This document shows positions 45,753 through 60,033 of a stretch of DNA of 64,000 bases, piece after piece. This DNA is from an uncultured Acidobacteriota bacterium (GTDB taxonomy: Bacteria > Acidobacteriota > Thermoanaerobaculia > Gp7-AA8). Position numbers and translations under genes: made by a program. The DNA lies in contig CAWGHO010000002.1 in NCBI GenBank assembly GCA_963822445.1, forward strand, positions 512,001 to 576,000, in the 5' to 3' direction. Under the pieces are notes generated by a model that did no database searches, was not told the origin of the DNA, and saw only the letters and a list, made by a program, of their open reading frames with translations. Numbering within the stretch: position 1 is the stretch's first letter; each line of letters begins with the position of its first letter.

Positions 45753-48323
45753 ATGAACGTCGACGCCGGCACGCGCCTGGGTCCTTACGAGATCGTTTCG
45801 CGCATCGGCGCCGGAGGGATGGGCGAGGTGTGGCGCGCGCGCGACACGCGGCTCGATCGCAGCGTGGCCGTGAAAGTCCTCTCGCCGGCGATGGCCGGCG
45901 ACGCCAGCCTTCGCCTGCGCATGGAGCGCGAGGGCAAGGTCATCTCGCAGCTCAGCCACCCTCACATCTGCACGCTCTTCGACGTGGGCGACGGCTATCT
46001 GGTCATGGAGCTTCTCGAAGGGGAGACGCTGGCCGACCGCATTTCCCGCGGACCGCTTCCGGTGACGGAAGTGCTGCGCCTCGGCGAGCAGATCGCGCAG
46101 GCGCTCGACGCCGCCCATCGCCACGGCATCGTCCATCGCGATCTGAAGCCGGGGAACATCATGCTCACCAGGTCGGGAGTGAAGCTCCTCGATTTCGGCC
46201 TGGCCAGAGTCGGGCCGGCCACCATCGGCCCCGATGCGGAAACGCAGATGGGGGCGATCACCGATGCCGGGACGGTCATCGGCACCTTGCAGTACATGGC
46301 GCCGGAGCAGCTCGACGGCCTCAACGCCGACGCCCGCACGGACATCTTCGCCCTCGGCGCGGTGCTCTACGAGATGGCCACCGGCCAGCGGGCCTTCGGC
46401 GGCACGACACGCACGAGCGTCATCATGGCCATCGCTTCCTCCGATCCTCCGCCGATGTCGCAACTGCAGCCGCTGGCACCGGCGCGGCTCGAGCAACTCG
46501 TGCGCGGCTGTCTCGCAAAGCGTCCCGACGACCGGATGCAGAGCGCGCATGACGTCGCGCTCGAGCTGCGATGGATTGCGGCCGGCGACGCGCCGGCGAT
46601 GGTCACACGACGCTCCGCCACTCGCGAGCGCGTGGCCTGGAGCGTTGCGGCGCTGCTCGCCCTGGCTTTGCTGGGCATCGCGATCGGTCGCATGCGCGAA
46701 GGGCCCGCCGTCGCGTCTCCGCTGCGCTTCACCATTCCCGCGCCGCCCGAAACGAGCACCTTCCGCGCGGCTGTCATCTCCCCGGATGGCAAGCGCATCG
46801 TGTTCCGCGCGGAGCGTGCCGATGGTCAGAGCACACTCTGGCTTCGCTCGCTCGACGCGACCGAAGCAAAAGAGCTCGAGGGAACCGCGGGAGCTGAATT
46901 CGTCTTCTGGTCGCCCGATTCGCGGCACATCGGTTTCTTCGGCCGAGGAAAACTGAAGCGACTCGATACTTCGGATGGCACGATCCGGACGATCTACGAG
47001 CCGACGCACGGCGTCCCCGGCGGGGCGACGTGGAACAAGGACGACGTCATCGTCTTCTCGCCGAAAATCGAGGGAGGCCTGTACCGGATCGCGGCGACGG
47101 GCGGAGAAGCGGTGCCGCTGCCCGGCAAAGACCAACCCATCCACGCCTGGCCAAGCTTCCTGCCCGACGGCCGTCATTTCCTGTACGCGGTCATCGGCAA
47201 AGACAACCAGGGCGGCATCAACGTCGGCTCGCTCGACTCCGCTGAAACGAAGACGATCGTGCCGTTCAAGCGGCTGTATGACCTCACGCCGGCGTACTAC
47301 GGCGGCGGCCACCTCTTTCATGTGCGGAACCGCGCACTCGTGGCCCAGGCGTTCGATGCGAAGGCGTTGACGGCGACCGCAGCGGCGATCCCCATCGAAG
47401 AGTCGATCGACATCGACGGTCCGGGCCGCACGCCACTTTCGGTTTCGTCGAACGGAACGCTGGTCTATCGCAAGCCCGGGCCGCCCGTGGTTTCGAGCCT
47501 GTTCATCGTCGATCGGGCCGGGCGAAAGCTTCGCGGCGCCGGGGACGCCGGGCCGTACACCGCCGCTTCGATCGCACCCGACGGAACGCGGGTGCTCGTG
47601 TCGCGTGCTGACGCCGTCGAGGCGATCTGGCAGATCGATCTCGCCCGAGGGTCGTCCAGCCGGGTCACGTTCGAGGAGTTGTCCGCCCTGCCGGTGTGGC
47701 TTCGAGACGGGAAGTCCTTCGCGTACAGCGGGTCGAGCGACTCGCCGCCGAACATCTATCTTCATCGCGCGGACGGAAGCACGGCCCGGCTCACGAACAC
47801 GACGGAACAGCACTACCCGACGGGCGCCTCGCCCGATGGAAAGCAGGTCGTCTACACCGCTCCGTCGGCGGGCAAGAGCTGGAATCTCTACACGGTGACG
47901 ACCGCGGCCCCGCATGTCTCGATCCCTCTCCTCGAAACACAATTCGCGGAGACCGACGGCACGGTATCGCCGGACGGGCGGTGGCTCGCGTACACCTCGA
48001 ATGAGAGCGGACGGGGGCAGGTCTACGTCACGACCTTTCCGAAACCGGGCCCGCGCTGGCAGGTCTCGACGGCGGCAGGCGACAACCCGCGTTGGAGCGC
48101 GGACGGGCGCGAGCTGTATTACGAAATGCCGTCCGAGAAGCGCCTTTACGCGGTCAAAGTCGATGTGGAAGGGGACGAGCTTCGCGCGGGCCTGCCGGTC
48201 GCACTGTTCGATCTGCCGTCCAGTCTGTGGGCCGTTTTTCCCGACGGCCGCTTCCTGATCGCCGAGCGAAGCCTGAACCCGGCTTCCCCGCCGCTGAACG
48301 TCGTCGTCAACTGGCGGCCATGA
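45753..48323 (+). CDS. Ser/Thr kinase with TolB-like (PD40) repeats
   Basis: GAGGMGEVW, HRDLKPGN, DFGLA and YMAPEQ; one TM segment; SPDG repeats. Confidence 0.95.
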   Translation: MNVDAGTRLGPYEIVSRIGAGGMGEVWRARDTRLDRSVAVKVLSPAMAGDASLRLRMEREGKVISQLSHPHICTLFDVGDGYLVMELLEGETLADRISRGPLPVTEVLRLGEQIAQALDAAHRHGIVHRDLKPGNIMLTRSGVKLLDFGLARVGPATIGPDAETQMGAITDAGTVIGTLQYMAPEQLDGLNADARTDIFALGAVLYEMATGQRAFGGTTRTSVIMAIASSDPPPMSQLQPLAPARLEQLVRGCLAKRPDDRMQSAHDVALELRWIAAGDAPAMVTRRSATRERVAWSVAALLALALLGIAIGRMREGPAVASPLRFTIPAPPETSTFRAAVISPDGKRIVFRAERADGQSTLWLRSLDATEAKELEGTAGAEFVFWSPDSRHIGFFGRGKLKRLDTSDGTIRTIYEPTHGVPGGATWNKDDVIVFSPKIEGGLYRIAATGGEAVPLPGKDQPIHAWPSFLPDGRHFLYAVIGKDNQGGINVGSLDSAETKTIVPFKRLYDLTPAYYGGGHLFHVRNRALVAQAFDAKALTATAAAIPIEESIDIDGPGRTPLSVSSNGTLVYRKPGPPVVSSLFIVDRAGRKLRGAGDAGPYTAASIAPDGTRVLVSRADAVEAIWQIDLARGSSSRVTFEELSALPVWLRDGKSFAYSGSSDSPPNIYLHRADGSTARLTNTTEQHYPTGASPDGKQVVYTAPSAGKSWNLYTVTTAAPHVSIPLLETQFAETDGTVSPDGRWLAYTSNESGRGQVYVTTFPKPGPRWQVSTAAGDNPRWSADGRELYYEMPSEKRLYAVKVDVEGDELRAGLPVALFDLPSSLWAVFPDGRFLIAERSLNPASPPLNVVVNWRP

Positions 48324-48356
48324 GCGCGGACCGCGACTCCTGATACGGTACGCGCC

Positions 48357-50951
48357 GTGATTGCCCGTCTGCTGGAAAGCCTCACCAACCTTCTCCTGCG
48401 CCGGCCGAAGCGTGTGCTCGCCGTGGCCGCAGTCATCGTTCTCGTGTTCGGACTCGCCGCGACGCGGATCCGCCTCGACCCCGACGTCCTCAACCTCATC
48501 CCCCGCGGCAATCGCGAGGTGAACGAGTTCCGGCAGCTTCTCAAAGAGACCGGCACGCTCGACTTTCACGTCGTCGTCGTCGAGTTCCCGAAAGGTACGG
48601 AGCCAGAAACGTACTTTCCGTTGCTCGACAAAATTGGCGAGGAGCTGAGCAAATCGAAGCGGATCGAGACCGTGACCTGGCGCCTGCCGGACATGTTCTC
48701 GGTGGTCGACAAGGTCATCCCCTACTCCATGCTCCTGCTCACGCCGCAGCAGCTCGACGCGGTCGCGCAGAAGATGAGCGACGAGGGCATCCGCGCAACG
48801 GTGGAACGCAATCGCGCGCTGCTGCAGACGCCGCAATCGACGGTGGCGAAGCAGCTCGTGCGCATCGATCCCTTCAATCTCATCCCGATCTACATGGAGA
48901 AGCTGCAGAGAGCCGGCGCGGGGCTCAAGGTCGATTTCTCGACCGGTTACTACGTCTCCGCCGATCACGGCGCGGCGATCATCATCGCCAGACCACACAA
49001 GGCCGCGCAGGACCTTCCCTTCAGCCGGCAGGTCATCGACGAAACGAAAGGCATCACCGCGCGGGCGATCAACGAGTTCCGCACGGAGAACAGCGGCGTC
49101 GCCCTGCCGCACATCGGCTACACCGGCGGCTACGCCATCGCGGCGACCGACGAAAAGATCATCCAGCGGGACATGATGGTCAACAGCATCACCTCGATGG
49201 TCGGCGTGCTGCTGCTCTACCTCTACGCCTACCGCCGCCCCTCGGCGATGCTCTACGCCGGCGCGCCGATGGTCGCCGCCATCATCATCACCTTCGGCCT
49301 CGGCGCGATGACCTACGGAACGCTCTCCGCGGCCAGCACCGGATTCGCGGCGCTGCTCGCCGGACTGGGGCTCGACTTCATGACCGTGCTGTACGAGCGG
49401 TACGTGGACGAGCGGAATCGCGGCGCCCAGATCGCGGACGCGGTGCGGACGCTGATGATGCGCACGCTGCCCGGCGTGATCGTCGGCGCGCTCACGACCG
49501 CGGCGACGTTTTACGCATTCCTGGCCACCGAGTTCCGCGGCATGACCGAACTGGGATTCCTCACCGGCAGCGGCATCCTCATCTTCCTGCTCTGCGTGAT
49601 GTTCGTCTTCCCGGCGGTGCTGATCCTCGTCGAGCGGCGCCGCGGCACGAAGCGGAAGCTGCGCGTGCACGCGTTCGGATCGGGCCGCGTCGTGCGGGCC
49701 AGCCTGCGGCGGCCGAAGCTGGTGATCCTCGCCTGGACGGTGGTGGTGGTCGCGACAGCGATCCTGGCGAAAGACGTCCGCTTCAACGACAGCCTGCAGG
49801 GTCTTCGCGCGACGGGAAACGAGGCCGTGGGGATGCAGGAAGCGGTGACGCACAGGTTCGGGCAATCCTTCGACGCGATGATGTACGGCGTCAGCGCGCC
49901 CACGGCCGCGGAAGCGATCGCTCGAACGGAAGCGGCGATTCCCGATCTCGAGACGATGACCCGAGACCGCGTCATCGGCTCGTTCCAGAGCGTCACCACG
50001 TTCCTCCCCAGCGAGACGCAGCAGCGCCGAATCATCGAGCAGCTGGAGCAGGGAAAGAACGATGCGTTCTCGTTCGCCCGCATCGAGCGAACGTTTCGCG
50101 AGGCGCTGACCGCGAACGGCTTCCGCGAAAGTGCCTACGACAACGTGCTGCCCCTGTTCGCCGCGGCCTTCGCGCAACGCGAGCCGCTGACCATCGACAC
50201 GCTGCAACAGCTGGGGTTAGCCGAATCCACCCAGCGATTCATCAAGAAAACGAAGACCGGCTACATGTCGATCGTCTACGTCTACCCGGCCACCGGAAAG
50301 TGGCCGCGGTTTCTCCCCGCGGAGCTGCAGCAGTTCCGCAGGGACCATCCCCAGGGCGTGCTGACCGGCGTGAATCTCGTTTCGGAAACGCTCCGCACGA
50401 TCACCCGCACCGACGCCACCCGCGCCAGCCTCCTCGGACTGGTCCTCGTCTTCGCGCTGGTGTGGGCCGGCTTCCGCTCCTTCACGCGGGCCTGCTTCGT
50501 GTTCGTTCCGTTCATCGCCGGCTGCACGTGCATGCTCGGCTTCATGGCCACGGCGGGCATCGAGTTCAATTTCATGAACGTCTTCGTCGGCCTGATGCTC
50601 GTGGGAACCGCGACGGATTACGCGGTGTACATGCTCGAGCGCTACGACGAAGCGCCGGATGATTTCCCGGTGAACGCGCAGGAAACCGGGCGGGCGGTGG
50701 TGCTGGCCGCGCTGATGTCGATCGTCGGCTTCGCCTCGTTCGCCATCTCGCACTACCCGGGCGTGCGGTCGATCGGACTGGCGTCGGTGGTGGGGATCGC
50801 GCTGAGTTGCCTCGCGTCGATCACGTTGCTGCCGTCGTTGCTGGCGACTGGGTATTTCAGGCGCCGTGTGGTGCAGGCCTCAGGCCTGCCTCTCGATGGA
50901 AACCGAAAGGCAGGCGAGACGCCTGCACCACACCAGGATCAGAACGAGTAA
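48357..50951 (+). CDS. MMPL/RND-family transporter
   Basis: Two repeats of one TM, a periplasmic domain and five TMs; GLGLDF and GTATDY motifs. Confidence 0.85.
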   Translation: MIARLLESLTNLLLRRPKRVLAVAAVIVLVFGLAATRIRLDPDVLNLIPRGNREVNEFRQLLKETGTLDFHVVVVEFPKGTEPETYFPLLDKIGEELSKSKRIETVTWRLPDMFSVVDKVIPYSMLLLTPQQLDAVAQKMSDEGIRATVERNRALLQTPQSTVAKQLVRIDPFNLIPIYMEKLQRAGAGLKVDFSTGYYVSADHGAAIIIARPHKAAQDLPFSRQVIDETKGITARAINEFRTENSGVALPHIGYTGGYAIAATDEKIIQRDMMVNSITSMVGVLLLYLYAYRRPSAMLYAGAPMVAAIIITFGLGAMTYGTLSAASTGFAALLAGLGLDFMTVLYERYVDERNRGAQIADAVRTLMMRTLPGVIVGALTTAATFYAFLATEFRGMTELGFLTGSGILIFLLCVMFVFPAVLILVERRRGTKRKLRVHAFGSGRVVRASLRRPKLVILAWTVVVVATAILAKDVRFNDSLQGLRATGNEAVGMQEAVTHRFGQSFDAMMYGVSAPTAAEAIARTEAAIPDLETMTRDRVIGSFQSVTTFLPSETQQRRIIEQLEQGKNDAFSFARIERTFREALTANGFRESAYDNVLPLFAAAFAQREPLTIDTLQQLGLAESTQRFIKKTKTGYMSIVYVYPATGKWPRFLPAELQQFRRDHPQGVLTGVNLVSETLRTITRTDATRASLLGLVLVFALVWAGFRSFTRACFVFVPFIAGCTCMLGFMATAGIEFNFMNVFVGLMLVGTATDYAVYMLERYDEAPDDFPVNAQETGRAVVLAALMSIVGFASFAISHYPGVRSIGLASVVGIALSCLASITLLPSLLATGYFRRRVVQASGLPLDGNRKAGETPAPHQDQNE
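50866..50933. repeat. REP-like palindromic element, copy 2
   Basis: GTGTGGTGCAGGC...GCCTGCACCACAC arms, as at 3480-3551. Confidence 0.8.
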
Positions 50952-53582
50952 CCAACCCTCGTATACACAAACCGTCCATTCATCCCAAACGGTGAGTTGC
51001 TCGGGTACGTGAAGATCCCGTTGTTGCTCTGCGCGGTGAAGGCGCCGTTCTGGTTGCGGACTTTGTTCAGGTCGGGGTAGTTGTCGAAGAGGTTCTCCGC
51101 GCCAGCGGCCAGGGTGTATCCGCGCCACTTGTACGCGACCTCGAGATCGGCGATCCATTCCGGCGCGTAGGTCTGGTCGTCGATCGGCAGGATGGTGAAG
51201 CTGCAGTACTCGCCGTAGCGGCTCTCGCGCGCGGTCACGTTCCATCCGCCGCGTGTTGAAGCTCTGCATCAGGCGGACGTTGTCGCGCGGCTGGCCGCAC
51301 TCGACGCGGCGTCGCTCGATGCGGTCGAACAATACTTCGTTGAGGCCGGCCAGTTCCGGCGGCGTTTCCACTTCGCCGACGACCTTCGTCTGATTGTTGC
51401 TGTACGCCGCGGACAGGTCGATGTTGCCGCCCATCAGCGGGCGCTGGTAGTTCGCGACCAGATCGTAGCCGTCGGTCTCGGTCGAGATCGCGTTCGTGAA
51501 GTACCGTGCCGCGGTCGCGCCGAACGGCCGGATCAAGGCCTGCACCGCCGGCGTCGTGAAGTTGCCGGAGAACACGATGCGATCGTCGATGTCGATGTGG
51601 AAGAAGTCGGCGGTGACCTCGAGATTCGACATCGGTTGCCAGACCAGGCCGGCGCTGAAGTTTTTCGACTTTTCGGCGTCGAGGTCCTTCGAGCCGAGGA
51701 TCCGCGCGAGAGGCGTGTCGACGCGATAGGTACCCGTCTCGAACGGCTCGAGCAAGCCGGTCTGCTGATTCAGGAGGAAGTTCGTGCTGATCGCCGAGAA
51801 GTGGCCCTGGCTCAGCGACGGCGCGCGGAAGCCGGTGCTGGCCGCGCCGCGCACGATGAACTGGTCGGTGAACGAGTAACGCGCGGTGAGCTTGCCGTTG
51901 GTGGTGTTCCCGAAGTCGCTGAAGTTCTCGAAGCGTCCGGCCAGGCCGAGGCGCAGCTTCGGGAACACGTCGCCTTCGAAGTCCGCATACACGGACTTGC
52001 TGTTGCGTGAAACGTCGACTTCATTCGAGGGCTGGAAGCCCGGGAAGACCTGCGCACCCGCGGGAGCGACGCCGCCGTTGCGGTCGCGAACGCCGCCCTG
52101 GATGTACGAGTTCGGCTCGCCCGCTTTCTGCTCGAATCCATCTCTGCGGAGCTCGACGCCGAAAGCGACGTTCAGCGGTCCGGACATCGCCGCGATCTTG
52201 TACGCCTTCGACACGTCGAGGTTCGCGGTGAGCTGATCGTCGCCGAGGGATCCGGCGTAGAAGCGGGTCTGGTTGTTGGTGGGGCCGAGGGACGTGTTCA
52301 GGGAGTCGGTGACGTAGAAATCGAACGTGTTCTTGCCCCATCCGCCACTCAGGTCGTAGTACCAGGAGGCGAGCTCGCCTCGCGTTCCGATGGTCAGCGC
52401 GGTGTCGGCGACGCGCGGCTGAATCAGCGGAAGGAATCCGAGGGGGTAGATCTGCGGCCAGTTCTGCACCTGAATGGCTCGGCGATAGTTGCCGCCGTGC
52501 GATCCGTGACGCAGGCTGTGCCCGCCGAAGGCGTAGAAGATCTGCTTCGAATCGGCGCTGATGGGCAGGTTGAAATTGGCGAAGGTCATGAGGTCGCGCG
52601 CGTAGGAATCGCCCCAGTGCGTGTTCGGCTGCGGAACGGCGTTGTTGCCCGCGTCGCCCACCACGACCTGATCGCGCGGATCCACACCGGCGCGGTTCGT
52701 TTCGTAGCGCACGCGGTACTCGCCGGTCAGGAAGAGAACGCCGCGGCCGATGCCCCAGCCGCCGCTGATGCTTGTGTCGAGCATCTCCCCGTCGCTTTCG
52801 GAGGTCTGTCCCACCTTCGCGTCGATGCGCAAAGGCTGCAGATCGGATTTGAGGACGAGGTTGATCACGCCGGCGATCGCGTCGGAGCCGTACTGCGCGG
52901 CCGCGCCGTCGCGGAGGATCTCGATGTTCTGCAGGGCCGGTGCGGGGATGGCGTTGAGATCGACGCCGCTCGAGCCGCGGCCGACGGTGTTGTTCGCGTT
53001 CACCAGCGCGCTGGCGTGACGGCGCTTGCCGTTGACCATGACCAGCACCTGATCGGGTCCGAGTCCGCGCAGTGTTGCCGGGCGGACCGAGTCGGTGCCG
53101 TCGCTGATCGTCGGCCGCGGGAAATTGAAGGAGGGCGCGATCTTCTGAATGATCTGGCTGGTCTCGGTCGATGGCGAGGAGACGATCTGTTCCAGCGGAA
53201 TGATGTCGACGGGAACGGCTTTCTCCTGCGCCGCGCCGATCGCGCGCGAGCCGACCGTGATCTGCTCGCCGAACGAAACGCGCAAGGTGAAATTCTGGGT
53301 GGCGTCGCCGCCGCCGATGTCCACGAGCTCGGTGCGGGTCTGGAATCCCGACAGCGCGACGGTGACTCTCACCGGCCCGCGCGTGCCGGACGGAAGGGAA
53401 AGCACGTAGTCGCCGCTCGCGTCGGTCACGGTCTGCACGCCGGTGCCTTCGGCGGTCACCGTGACGCCCGGCAACCCCTCACCTTCCGGCAAGGCGACGC
53501 GGCCGCGGATGGATGTCGTCTGCGCTGCCAGAGGAAAAGCAAAAAACACGAACAGGAAAAGGATCCGGGCGCCGTTCTTCAT
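50939..53582 (-). CDS. TonB-dependent receptor with an N-terminal carboxypeptidase-like domain; one frameshift near 51250
   Basis: Plug motifs LRGLGPDQVLVMVNGKR and IEILRDGAAAQYGSDAIAGVIN; STGFRAPSL; C-terminus GRFVYTRVGYSF in the shifted frame. Confidence 0.9.
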
Positions 53583-53595
53583 ACGTCTGCGTTTC

Positions 53596-54972
53596 CTATG
53601 TCATGAAACGGTTTACCGAGAACGCTCCGGCAACGCCGATGAGCGCGACGAGCAACATCAACATCCATGAACCTAATGTGGGGATGCCTATATTGGCGGA
53701 AAGAATGGTGATTGTGTAGGGCGCTTCTCCGATGCAGCCGGCCGTATCCGTCGCCCGGACCCTGAAGCTGAAGAGTCCCGTCTGGCCGGTTACACCGCTG
53801 ATCAGGCCTGTAGCCGGGTTGAGGGTGAATCCGGGCGGAAGCGCGCCACTGGCAATGGTGTAGGTGAACGCGGACGGAGCGATGCCGTCGGCGATCGGAT
53901 TTCTGGAAGCCGAGGAATCATCCGCGGTGGCCGTGATCTGCTGCGAATAAAACGCTCCGACAACTCCAGGAGGCAGCGTGCTCGGAGACAGCGTAATGAC
54001 TTCGCAGCCGGCGACGGCAATGGTCATCGAATACAGCCGCGTTCCGCGGCAGCCTGTCGCGTCGGTGGCGGTGATCGAGAAATTGAAGGTTCCCGCGGCG
54101 GTGGGGATCCCCGTGAGGGCACCCGTTGCCGGGTTGAGCGTCAGACCGGTCGGAAGCGCGCCGCTGGAGACTCCGAACGTGTAGGGCGCGGTTCCGCCGC
54201 TCGCGGTGATGCTCTGGTTGTAAGCCGCGCCTACTGTGCCGTTCGGCAACGATGCCGGATTGACGGTGATGATCGGGCAGACCAGCAGCCCGCAGGTATT
54301 GACTGTGTTGCTGTCGAGCGTGACCGCACCATTGCGCGCCAGCGCCCGGCCGGACGTGTCCGCGCCGGTCGTCAGCGTGATGCTGGTGAGCGCCAGGATG
54401 TCCCCGGCAAAATTCGTGTTGGTGCCGATCGTCGCCGAGCTGCCGACCTGCCAGTACACGCTGTTGCACGCGCTGCCGCCGTTGATGACCGAAACCGACG
54501 AGCCGCTCGCCGTGGTGAGCGTGCTCCCGATCTTGAAGAGGAACAGCGCATTCGGATTGCCGAGCGCGTCGAGCGAAAGCGCTCCGGTGAGCTGCGCCGA
54601 TGTGTCGAAGCAGTAGACACCCGGCGTCAGCGTCAGACCGCCGAGATCCTGACCGGTCAGATCGACCGTGCAGGGCGTCGCGGCGATGTTGTTGTACGCC
54701 GTGGTCAGATCGTTCTGAGCCTGCTGGGCAACGGCATCATTGCTGTGGGCCGCCCCTCCCACGATGACGCCGGGAGGAAAGCCGGTGATCGAGCTGCCCG
54801 GGCTGACGCCGACGTTTCCGGTCACCGTCGTCGGACCGGTGTTGGTCACCGCCGATCCGCCGAGGACTCCGAAGCTCTGCGCGCTGCCGAGGGAGATCTG
54901 CGCCAGGGCCGGCGCGGTCACGAACAAGAACAGGACGGCGGTGATGGAAGCGAAGGCAAGATGGCGTTTCAA
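53596..54972 (-). CDS. Ice-binding-like (DUF3494) protein with two putative Ig domains and IPTL-CTERM
   Basis: DLGGLTLTPGVYCF, VYWQVGSSAT and GRALARNGAVTLD; GALPTGLTLNPATG-type Ig repeats; IPTLGSWMLMLLVAL. AGGAG RBS before the TTG start. Confidence 0.88.
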   Translation of the reverse strand: MKRHLAFASITAVLFLFVTAPALAQISLGSAQSFGVLGGSAVTNTGPTTVTGNVGVSPGSSITGFPPGVIVGGAAHSNDAVAQQAQNDLTTAYNNIAATPCTVDLTGQDLGGLTLTPGVYCFDTSAQLTGALSLDALGNPNALFLFKIGSTLTTASGSSVSVINGGSACNSVYWQVGSSATIGTNTNFAGDILALTSITLTTGADTSGRALARNGAVTLDSNTVNTCGLLVCPIITVNPASLPNGTVGAAYNQSITASGGTAPYTFGVSSGALPTGLTLNPATGALTGIPTAAGTFNFSITATDATGCRGTRLYSMTIAVAGCEVITLSPSTLPPGVVGAFYSQQITATADDSSASRNPIADGIAPSAFTYTIASGALPPGFTLNPATGLISGVTGQTGLFSFRVRATDTAGCIGEAPYTITILSANIGIPTLGSWMLMLLVALIGVAGAFSVNRFMT

Positions 54973-55222
54973 AATTTGATCTCCTGATTTGCTGCTCTGA
55001 CGTCGCACGCTTCGCAGATCCATCCGTGTGCGGTGATCTTGAAAGGAGCGTCGTTCTCGTCGCGGAAGAGCGTTCGCGATTCGCGGCACCAGTTGCAGCG
55101 AACCGCATGCGGATTGCCGAGCTCCGGATGAGCGAGCAGGATCTGCACGGCGGCATCCCGCTCGCCTGCGACAAGGGTGTCGCTGCGAAGTACCTTTCCT
55201 GCTGTCGTTCGAACTTCCTGTC

Positions 55223-55226
<4 letters not shown>
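54969..55226 (-). CDS. Small Zn-finger-like protein
   Basis: CNWC...CEAC; 4-nt overlaps with both neighbouring genes. Confidence 0.55.
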
Positions 55227-59035
<3,809 letters not shown>

Positions 59036-59303
59036 TCGATTCGCATCCTTTCGGGGACGACCGTCTGAGGATGGAGGCAGTGGCGGAACGCGCACGCGGG
59101 CTGCCACGATGGCAACCGGTCCGTGCGCGCCTGTCGCGACCGGCAGGTTCAGGCGTTTACTGAAGTAACGAAAAGCAGCATAAGCTGCCATTTCCTGATT
59201 GGCAAGGGGTACACTGTTGCTTACCTTTCCGGCAACACTGTCGCGGCCTGCAAAATGCTGCAATCCACTGTTGCGCGGGGCGGGAAACGGGGAGCCTTGA
59301 AAA

Positions 59304-59645
59304 ATGTACGGTCGCATCCTCAGGCAGCTTCGGGAATCGAAAGGACGCACCCAGGCTGACGTGGCCCGGAAGGTGGGCATCTCACCCGCTCAACTGGCCA
59401 GGCTGGAAGCGAATCAGCGCGGTCTCTACGTCGAGGACTTCGTCGCCATCGCCGAGGCGCTGGGGGAAAAACCGGGCAACCTGCTTCCGAATGATGCCGG
59501 CGACTTCGCGCACCTCAAGCCGCTCATCGATCGTCTGGCGGCGGTGAAGGCGGAGTTCATGCCCCGGGTGACGAGCATCATCGGAAGAATCGTGCTGCTC
59601 ACCGATGACGTGACCGCGACGCGGCCGGCGAAGCGCAAGCGCTGA
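59304..59645 (+). CDS. XRE-family HTH regulator
   Basis: LRQLRESKGRTQADVARKVGISPAQLARLEANQR. Confidence 0.85.
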   Translation: MYGRILRQLRESKGRTQADVARKVGISPAQLARLEANQRGLYVEDFVAIAEALGEKPGNLLPNDAGDFAHLKPLIDRLAAVKAEFMPRVTSIIGRIVLLTDDVTATRPAKRKR

Positions 59646-59648
59646 CGC

Positions 59649-59855
59649 TCAGGACTCCGTGTTGCCGGGAGTCTTCCCGCATTCGCGGCACTGCGTCTTG
59701 AGCCAGGTCTCCCACTCCGTGCCGGTGAGGGTCTCGTCATTGGCTTCAGCGGGCGCATTCTCCGACCGAAACCAGAGCGGATATTCAGCCTGGCAGTGCG
59801 GGCATTTCAGCCGAAGCAGGCTGCTGTCACCGTCAGGCTGATTTCGCGGTTGCAC
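59649..59855 (-). CDS. Small Zn-ribbon-like protein; start uncertain
   Basis: LKCPHC...QCRECG. Confidence 0.5.
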   Translation of the reverse strand: MQPRNQPDGDSSLLRLKCPHCQAEYPLWFRSENAPAEANDETLTGTEWETWLKTQCRECGKTPGNTES

Positions 59856-59882
59856 CCTCGTGGGTGCGTGCAAGAGTCGTAC

Positions 59883-60033
59883 TTGGGTTGCGGGGTTGCG
59901 GGGTTTCGAGGTTGCTGGGAGGTTGTCGGGTTGTCGGGTTTCCGGGTTGTCAGGTAAACCACCGGACAACCTGACAACCTGACAACCAGACAACCCCCTC
60001 GAAACCCCGCAACCCCGAAACCTCGCAACCCAA
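59883..60033. repeat. Nested inverted array of 8-bp tandem repeats
   Basis: Left arm: about four GGGTTKCG-type then four GGTTGTCR-type units. Right arm: the complementary units in mirror order. Confidence 0.85.

Noticed and set aside
45750-50207. 1485-aa minus-strand ORF
   Set aside because: It is the antisense shadow of the kinase and MMPL genes in high-GC DNA and has no motifs.
59856-59993. N-terminal extension of the 114-aa ORF at 59649-59993
   Set aside because: It is mostly the translation of the 8-bp repeat array.
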